The notes under the pieces: model-generated
Database searches by the model: none
What the model was told of the DNA's origin: nothing
The model's input: only the letters and a program-made list of their open reading frames with translations
Program-made: the position numbers and the translations under genes
Shown: positions 14,393-20,641 of the stretch, one piece after another
Layout: every line of letters starts with the position of its first letter
Numbering within the stretch: the first letter of the stretch is position 1
DNA from: Candidatus Micrarchaeia archaeon
GTDB taxonomy: Archaea > Micrarchaeota > Micrarchaeia > Burarchaeales > JAVZCV01
DNA length: 20,641 nt
Assembly (NCBI GenBank): GCA_038874215.1
Contig: JAVZCV010000022.1
Coordinates: forward strand, 1-20,641
Reading direction: 5' to 3'

Positions 14393-16135
14393 ATGAGGGA
14401 TCTGACAGTGGCCATCAAAGAAGAAAAACGCGATATGGTTGTGCTTCTGTTGATCGTTCTGGTTAGTGCGGTTGTTTTCTTTTTTGCCCATAATCGTGGT
14501 CTTGACCCGATAGATGACGGCTATCTTGCTTATCCCGCAGTCCGCGTGCTTGCAGGCCAGTTGCCACACGTTGATTTCGTTACGGGTTATACGGGAGGGT
14601 TGTATTTTTTCCATGCTCTTGTATTTTTTCTTTTTGGGGTTGACATAGTAAACCTACGCAGGGTGTTGGTTTTTTTTGGTTGCGGTATAGTCGCTATACT
14701 TTTTTTGCTTACACGGCGGATTGCCAGATTTCCGTTTTCGCTTATCCCAAGTTTCGTATTCTTTATCTACGGCCTCCCTGTCTGCTTCAAGCCGTATCCT
14801 ACATGGTATTCCGTATTTTTTGGGCTTGCAGCCCTACTTTTTCTTTTTAGATTTGGAGAAAAGGGGGAAAGATGGTCCCTCGCACTCTCGGGTATTCTGA
14901 TTGGTTTTTCGTTCCTGTTTAAGCAGACGGTTGGCGTGTATAACATGCTTGCCTCTATGCTATTTCTTTCCACCGCACACGGAACTCCGAGAGTATTTAA
15001 GGCACTGCCGATTGTGTTTTCAACCTTATTGTTTTTTTCAATGCTTCTGCCACAACTTTCCATTGATGTAATTGCCATTTTCCTTCTTCCGCTTATTTTT
15101 CTTTTTTATGTTGCTTGGTTCTATGAAAGCGAGTTTAGATGCACATTGGCAGATTGTTTGTATATTCTTCTTCCATTTGTTGCAACGGTTTCGCTCATGC
15201 CGTTGTATTATATGGCTGTTCGCGGGCCTTCGGCTGTTATTGATTGGCTATACGGTGTATTTGTTTTTCCTGCACGGATTCCGCTTATTGCAACTCCCCC
15301 CCAGTGGCTGGGTATTCTCCCGCTTATTTTCATTGGAACTACTGTGATTATATTCCGGGGTAGATGGGTGTCGGCTCTTTTTTTTCTTCTTCTAATATTG
15401 GGTTTCGCAACGGGCAGGCATTTTTTAGCACTGTATTTCCGAACTGTCGGGGTATGGTTGCCGTCTCTTACGTATTTAGCAGCCTTGCTTATTAGGGGTG
15501 AATGGAGAAAGAATAGATTGCTTCTTGGTCTTATGTGTTTCGGGGTAATGAATCTGTTTGTGCTTTTTCCAACGATAGACTACCCCTATACCGTTTGGTC
15601 AAGCGCACCAGCGCTTCCTGTTTTGGCCTATGTCCTCAACATGGTTTGGGTGCGCAGGCGCTTTTATGCGCTTCCTGCCTTTGCGCTTTTGGGCACTTTT
15701 CTTATATATCATGCAGTGCATGTTTTCATTAGGGCTGATGAGGTTCCGCTTTTGCTTGATGGCGCTAATGTTTATATGGATAAAGAAACTGTGGAAAACC
15801 TGCGTGGCGTTGTGGAATTCCTTAGAGAAAATGCAGATGAGGATGAGATTTTTGTTTTTCCCGCAGACTCAATAGTATATCTCCTTGCAGGTAGGGATAA
15901 TCCTACAAGGTATGATTACCTGCTCTGGGGTTTTGCTGATGAGCGGGGAATTGATGAAATTATAAGAACACTGCAGGAAAAACGGATAAAATGGGTTGTA
16001 GCGGACTTCTCGTATAAAACGAGGTATTACGACTACGTTGGGGAACATGCAGCAGACAAAATGGAGGGATATCTGCGGGTAGAGTATGAAACGGTTGTGA
16101 GAATCGGACCTTACGAGATAATGCGGCTTCGTTGA
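14393..16135 (+). CDS. GT-C superfamily membrane glycosyltransferase (ArnT/PMT-like)
   Basis: First TM is followed by an acidic DDGY loop and PHVDF..GYTGG; FKQTVG motif; many TM helices; soluble C-terminal domain (IFVFP...YLLAGRDNPTRY). Start moved to ATG 14393. Confidence 0.75.
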   Translation: MRDLTVAIKEEKRDMVVLLLIVLVSAVVFFFAHNRGLDPIDDGYLAYPAVRVLAGQLPHVDFVTGYTGGLYFFHALVFFLFGVDIVNLRRVLVFFGCGIVAILFLLTRRIARFPFSLIPSFVFFIYGLPVCFKPYPTWYSVFFGLAALLFLFRFGEKGERWSLALSGILIGFSFLFKQTVGVYNMLASMLFLSTAHGTPRVFKALPIVFSTLLFFSMLLPQLSIDVIAIFLLPLIFLFYVAWFYESEFRCTLADCLYILLPFVATVSLMPLYYMAVRGPSAVIDWLYGVFVFPARIPLIATPPQWLGILPLIFIGTTVIIFRGRWVSALFFLLLILGFATGRHFLALYFRTVGVWLPSLTYLAALLIRGEWRKNRLLLGLMCFGVMNLFVLFPTIDYPYTVWSSAPALPVLAYVLNMVWVRRRFYALPAFALLGTFLIYHAVHVFIRADEVPLLLDGANVYMDKETVENLRGVVEFLRENADEDEIFVFPADSIVYLLAGRDNPTRYDYLLWGFADERGIDEIIRTLQEKRIKWVVADFSYKTRYYDYVGEHAADKMEGYLRVEYETVVRIGPYEIMRLR

Positions 16136-16167
16136 AATATAATTACTTTCTTGCAGGAAACTTGTGC

Positions 16168-16175
16168 TTTAAATA
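16168..16175 (+). promoter_or_regulatory. Putative TATA box for the HAD-fold gene
   Basis: TTTAAATA about 50 nt upstream of ATG 16225, which has a GGTGG SD motif. Confidence 0.45.
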
Positions 16176-16224
16176 TTACCTCGCACATAAAATTAGTGGG
16201 TTCTACGCTTTTTTGGGTGGTGTA

Positions 16225-18228
16225 ATGGCTACAGAGGAGGATGGGGAGGAGAAAGGTGGAACCAGTATAGGTGCTAATGAAAGTATAGTGATTGAGGGAT
16301 CTAGTGGTAATATAAATGTTGCTAAAGGAGGGGAAGGGGGAAAGGGAGGCGATGCAACAGCAAAAGCAGAATTAAATATAAGAATAGATGTAAATTCCCC
16401 TTGGGGAACATATCCAGAAGAAGTGGAAAATGAGGGTAGGCAAACAGGAACAAAACTACAGCCCATGGCGATTCCAGTAGATCTTAAAACAATTATGGAG
16501 ATCATTAATGCAATAATTGAAAAAGGCGAGATTGGGGATGAAGAGCGCTCTCTTATTAGACGTCTTATTAGAAGTGTTATTGAATATTTTTATGAGACTA
16601 AAGATAAAAATGCGCTGGATTTTGCCGGATATCTTCACGAGAAATTGTTGGGTGGATCGCGTAGAGTAGTTTTTGTGGATTTAGACTACACACTGATGGA
16701 CTCGTTTGCGGCATGGTGCGCTACTGCAAAAAACGGGATAAAAGAACTTGGCCTTCAACTAACGGAGGACCAAGCTCTGGCACTTGCCCGTGCAGTATAT
16801 AATAACCACCCCCATTTCTCCAGAGAACCGTTTGGTTATGCTGATTTCCGCCAAGTTTGGTACGATAGAGATTTCTTCGCAACTCTTCTCGCTCTTGATA
16901 CTGAGGAGATACGATCAATTTTTGAAGGTATACAAAAACCTCTGGAAGACGAAACATTCATGGCTAGGCTCACGGAGTACATAAGTAATTTGAATGCTAA
17001 AGAACTAAAGCAGAAAATTGAGGATATAAAAAACGACCCGAGAAATAGAGTGAAAATTGAGGGAGCACATGCAGAGGCACGCTCTACGGATTTTAAGTCG
17101 TATGCTTATGAGGGTGCTGGAAGATTATTTGAATTGCTAAGTGGGTTGGGCATAGATTATTATATAGTTACTGAAGGGGATTGGGAGGCGCAGGCGTGGA
17201 AAATTAAACAGATCGGCATTGGTATCCCTGATAGCAGGGTAATTGCAACAAGCAGGGCGGCTTATCCTGTCGTTGATATAAACAGGTTGAGATGTGCGGT
17301 TCAGCAAATTGATGAACAGATAAGGGAGTGTGATGAAATTTCCAGAGATTATGAGAGCGATAAGAGAAGATATAGGGAGTTCATTAAATTTGCAGAACCT
17401 GAAGAGCGAGAAGTTATAAGGGGGGTGAGAAAGCGATATTGCGAAAATTTTAGAAAAAGAATCGGAGAAGCAAAGAAAAAGAGAAGCCAGCTGGAGAATT
17501 CAAAAAAATTGCTCTCAGATTTTATTAACTTGTTTGGGGAATTCTCAGAGGAGAGAATGGTGTCATACTATGCTTTAGTTACCATGGCTATATCGGCGAA
17601 TCCCGCCAACCCGAATGAATTTTTCAGAGTCTCAAGAAAAGCAGTAAATGTTCAGGGCTTGAAGGTTGCACGTGTTGGGGATAGGCAGGATATTGATGTG
17701 AATATGTGGAGGAGATTTGACCCTAATGCCATAGCGGTGAGGGTCATGCAAGGACGCTATGCAAAGTCATTAACACAACAAGAATGCCAAGCCCCCGAAT
17801 ATCGTGAAGCGACTAAGGTAGTGGACAGTATTCGTGAAGCAGCAATATTTCTTGCAGATCCGATGACATGGTACGAAGCTAAACCTATCGGGCAGCCAAC
17901 CGTAATAGACCCCCATCTTACGGATGAGCAGCTTTTTGAGCTTAGAAGGGCTCTTGCGTCAGAGAACCCTCTTGTTCGTGATGCTGCCTACAACTTGGTT
18001 CAAGCACTTATAGAGACAACTACGGATGAAAGTAAGAAAAAACAACTTAGTGAGATTATACAACCGACGACGGGTAAAAACACAGGAGGCGTGGGAGTTA
18101 TTAACGGTGCAACAGATGGAGTTCTCTCGGATTGGCGTGCGGGACCTCTTGGAAGGCGCAATAATAGAGAAGTACCTAAGGGAAGGGGACAAAGGAATCC
18201 ATCCAAAACGCCTCCTATGAGACACTAG
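16225..18228 (+). CDS. Large HAD-superfamily hydrolase-like protein with a coiled-coil insertion and disordered termini
   Basis: Motif I VVFVDLDYTLMD, motif II YIVTEG...QAWKI, motif IV RVGDRQDIDV. Start moved to ATG 16225 (GGGTGGTGTA upstream); 667 aa. Confidence 0.72.
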   Translation: MATEEDGEEKGGTSIGANESIVIEGSSGNINVAKGGEGGKGGDATAKAELNIRIDVNSPWGTYPEEVENEGRQTGTKLQPMAIPVDLKTIMEIINAIIEKGEIGDEERSLIRRLIRSVIEYFYETKDKNALDFAGYLHEKLLGGSRRVVFVDLDYTLMDSFAAWCATAKNGIKELGLQLTEDQALALARAVYNNHPHFSREPFGYADFRQVWYDRDFFATLLALDTEEIRSIFEGIQKPLEDETFMARLTEYISNLNAKELKQKIEDIKNDPRNRVKIEGAHAEARSTDFKSYAYEGAGRLFELLSGLGIDYYIVTEGDWEAQAWKIKQIGIGIPDSRVIATSRAAYPVVDINRLRCAVQQIDEQIRECDEISRDYESDKRRYREFIKFAEPEEREVIRGVRKRYCENFRKRIGEAKKKRSQLENSKKLLSDFINLFGEFSEERMVSYYALVTMAISANPANPNEFFRVSRKAVNVQGLKVARVGDRQDIDVNMWRRFDPNAIAVRVMQGRYAKSLTQQECQAPEYREATKVVDSIREAAIFLADPMTWYEAKPIGQPTVIDPHLTDEQLFELRRALASENPLVRDAAYNLVQALIETTTDESKKKQLSEIIQPTTGKNTGGVGVINGATDGVLSDWRAGPLGRRNNREVPKGRGQRNPSKTPPMRH

Positions 18229-18282
18229 AACCACGTTGGCCTTTGCAACATGTTTATTTATTTTATCCGTTATTGATTTTTT

Positions 18283-20157
18283 ATGCGGATTATTACCATT
18301 CATGCGGATTTCGTGGAATACGAGCCGCTAAAAAAGGCAATCAAAACAGCAGAAGAAGTGGGCAAGGGAAAGGTTAGAGTAGAGGAGTGCTTGGTCGTTC
18401 TTACTTCTGTTGAAGAAGGTGACGGCGATAATGCGGCTGCAAAGGCTATTAGAGAGATAGCGAATATAGCGGAGCAGGTTAAGACAGGCAGGATTGTTAT
18501 TTATCCGTGGGTTCACCTGTCATCAAAACCGGCTAAACCAGAAGTTGCGCTTAAACAACTCAAAATGATTGAGACGGGTTTACGCGCAATCGGAAAGTAT
18601 GAGGTAAGCAGAGCGCCTTTTGGATGGTACAAGGCATTTGATATCAAGTGTAAGGGGCATGCACTGAGCGAACTTTCAAGAGAAATAAAAGAGGGTGAGG
18701 TTGCAGGGGAAAGAGAGAGAAAAAGCGGTGTGGGAAAAGAGTTGGTTTCCGATTCGCTCAAAAAAGAATCAAAGCTGAAAAGCGAATTTTACATACTAAC
18801 GCCTGATGGGCAACTTGTCCCAGTGGCCAAGTTTGACTTTGCAGGATATGGAAGCCTGAAAAAATTTGCGGAGTATGAGATGAAAAAGGAGCGGGAGTAT
18901 GCGTGCGAGCCTCCACATATAAGACTCATGAGAGAGCAGAAAATTGCTGATTGCGAGCCCGGAAGCGACTGCGGGAACATGCGGTGGTACCCGAAAGGTC
19001 GCCTGATAAAAAAGCTTCTTGAAAGGCAGATTAGCGAGATATGCGTAAAATATGGGGCGCATGAGGTTGAGACACCCTTAATGTATGATTTTGAGCATCC
19101 TGCACTTAAGAAATACCTCAACAGGTTTCCTGCAAGGCAGTATGTCGTGAAATCTGACGATAAGGAGTTTTTCCTCAGGTTTGCGGCATGTTTCGGTCAG
19201 TTTCTTATGGCAAAGGATGTGCTTATATCTTACAAAAATCTGCCTTTGAAAATATATGAACTAGCAAAGAGTTTTAGGCGCGAACAGTCTGGTGAGTTGT
19301 GCGGTCTGAAGCGTGTCCGCATGCTCACAATGCCAGATATGCATACGATATGCAGTGAGAAGGATGGGATGAGGCAAGCATTTGAGGAATTTGAGCGCCA
19401 GTTCTCTCTGTGCTATGAATGGATAACAGATATGGGGCTGGAGTTTGAAGTCGGGATAAGAGTCCTGCGGGAAGTCCTTGAAAAAAACAAAGAGATGTAT
19501 ATGCGCCTTGTGAAGAAGGTTGGGAAACCTGCTCTCGTTGAGGTTTTTGATGAGCGCTATGCCTATTTTGTTACAAAGTTTGAGTTTAATTTTATAGATA
19601 ACGCTGCGAAAGCGTCCGCGCTTTCAACAGTGCAGATAGATGTTGAGAATGCACAGACCTACGGAATAACATATGTTGATTCAGATGGCGGTAAGGCGAC
19701 TCCTGTAATGCTCCATGCATCTATAAGCGGTAGCATTGAGCGGGTTGTTTATGCACTTCTTGAAAGGGAAGCAGCGAATATGCAAAAGGGTATGAAAGCG
19801 ATGCTTCCGCTATGGCTTTCGCCCATTCAGGTGCGTTTCATACCAGTCTCTGCGAGACATGTAGATGCATGCAGTAAATTCGCCGAATCATTGACAGATG
19901 TTCGCTGGGATATAGACGACAGAGAGGAAACAATGCAGAAGAAAATCCGCGAGGCGGAGAAAGAATGGATTCCATACATTGTTGTTGTTGGGGACAAGGA
20001 GGAGCAGAGCGGGATCCTGAGCGTGCGAGTGCGTGAGACAGGAAAAACTGTAGAGATAGGTATTGAGTCTTTAAAGGAAGAGATATGGAAGAAAAGCGCT
20101 GGGAAGCCTTTTGAGAGGCTCACGATGCCTCCCAAAATGAGCATGAGAATTAACTAG
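18283..20157 (+). CDS. thrS: Threonine--tRNA ligase, archaeal type with N-terminal editing domain
   Basis: Editing domain: MRIITIHAD...YPWVHLS...RAPFGWYKAF..CKGH.LSELSR. Catalytic core: LRFAACFG, FRREQSGE, MPDMH, LHASISGSIER. C-terminal anticodon-binding domain present. Confidence 0.97.
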   Translation: MRIITIHADFVEYEPLKKAIKTAEEVGKGKVRVEECLVVLTSVEEGDGDNAAAKAIREIANIAEQVKTGRIVIYPWVHLSSKPAKPEVALKQLKMIETGLRAIGKYEVSRAPFGWYKAFDIKCKGHALSELSREIKEGEVAGERERKSGVGKELVSDSLKKESKLKSEFYILTPDGQLVPVAKFDFAGYGSLKKFAEYEMKKEREYACEPPHIRLMREQKIADCEPGSDCGNMRWYPKGRLIKKLLERQISEICVKYGAHEVETPLMYDFEHPALKKYLNRFPARQYVVKSDDKEFFLRFAACFGQFLMAKDVLISYKNLPLKIYELAKSFRREQSGELCGLKRVRMLTMPDMHTICSEKDGMRQAFEEFERQFSLCYEWITDMGLEFEVGIRVLREVLEKNKEMYMRLVKKVGKPALVEVFDERYAYFVTKFEFNFIDNAAKASALSTVQIDVENAQTYGITYVDSDGGKATPVMLHASISGSIERVVYALLEREAANMQKGMKAMLPLWLSPIQVRFIPVSARHVDACSKFAESLTDVRWDIDDREETMQKKIREAEKEWIPYIVVVGDKEEQSGILSVRVRETGKTVEIGIESLKEEIWKKSAGKPFERLTMPPKMSMRIN

Positions 20158-20226
20158 CCAAAAGGATAGCAAAGAAATTTAAGCATGAAATGAGCGATAA
20201 TTAATGCTTTTTGGCAGAGTGGTGAA

Positions 20227-20641
20227 ATGAGCCGGTATAGGGTTTTTGCTGGAAGAAATCCGAGAGTTGTTAGTATAAAGGAATGGCAACCGTTGAAGAG
20301 ATTCGAACCAAAAGTAGAGGGAATTTCGCTATTGCCTACTACTAGATGCACAGCTTACTGCGCCCATTGTTTTATATGCGCCAACGATAACGCCGCAACG
20401 ATGGAACGTGAAATGCTGATGGATGTAATAGAGCAGATTAGAGATATACCCACGATTAATAGCTTTCTGTGGAACGGTGGTGAATGCACTCTTTGCTTTG
20501 AGGGTATGGTTAAGGGAACAAGATTAATAAAAGAGCGCTATCCCCATATAGTCGTTTCGATGCTTTCAAACGGCTGGTTCGGTAATAAGGATCCGGAAAA
20601 GATTATAGGCAAACTTGCGGATGCGGGGATAGACTCTGCCG
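20227..20641 (+). CDS. Radical SAM protein, 3' end outside the window
   Basis: Not in the ORF track; translated by hand from ATG 20227 (GGTGA upstream): MSRYRVFAGRNP...LLPTTRCTAYCAHCFIC...LWNGGEC...MLSNGWF...LADAGID. It has the CxxxCxxC, GGE and (T/S)NG motifs. Confidence 0.9.
   Translation, partial: MSRYRVFAGRNPRVVSIKEWQPLKRFEPKVEGISLLPTTRCTAYCAHCFICANDNAATMEREMLMDVIEQIRDIPTINSFLWNGGECTLCFEGMVKGTRLIKERYPHIVVSMLSNGWFGNKDPEKIIGKLADAGIDSA

Noticed and set aside
16132-16224. TTG start at 16132 for the HAD protein
   Set aside because: The region contains a TATA-like box and an SD motif pointing to ATG 16225.
16225-18228. The HAD protein as the histidinol phosphatase
   Set aside because: It is far larger than HAD HolPases, is unlinked to the his genes, and has no clear motif III.
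5929-18247. Recurrent (C)TTTGCA/TTGCA in several intergenic regions (about 5930, 14321, 14336, 16151, 18241) as a shared regulon motif
   Set aside because: The word is also frequent inside coding regions and its spacing to the TATA boxes is inconsistent.
20157-20215. Possible hairpin, terminator or leader peptide between thrS and the radical SAM gene (GCCAAAA/TTTTGGC; AAGCAT/ATGCTT)
   Set aside because: The arms are short with long loops, and the mini-ORFs are only 2-4 codons; not enough support.

Overview
Gene-dense archaeal chromosomal segment. The archaeal call rests on an archaeal-type ThrRS with an N-terminal editing domain, GGTG(A/G) ribosome-binding motifs, and TATA boxes about 22-32 nt upstream of operon-leading ATGs. 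A DPANN/Micrarchaeota-like host is possible but cannot be shown here. From left to right: (1) a minus-strand operon hisS-hisC-DUF89 phosphatase-hisD(atypical)-CPBP protease, running off the left edge; (2) membrane proteins, including a stand-alone sensor-like domain and a YdbS/YdbT-like bPH_2 pair; (3) a minus-strand Fe-S/sulfur operon: Cys-rich HTH regulator - IscS - IscU::DUF59 fusion - degenerate second IscU - CysK - stand-alone PAS(CHP) - DUF1122, with a palindrome between its TATA box and start codon; (4) on the plus strand, a GT-C glycosyltransferase, an unusual 667-aa HAD-fold protein, thrS and a truncated radical SAM gene. There are two main candidates for undescribed biology. One is the elaborated, possibly autoregulated IscSU/MIS-type Fe-S operon. 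The other is a DUF89 enzyme sitting exactly at the histidinol-phosphatase step, next to a HisD with a rewired active site. No RNA genes, CRISPR arrays or mobile elements were recognised. All family calls come from motif recognition by eye, not from database searches.
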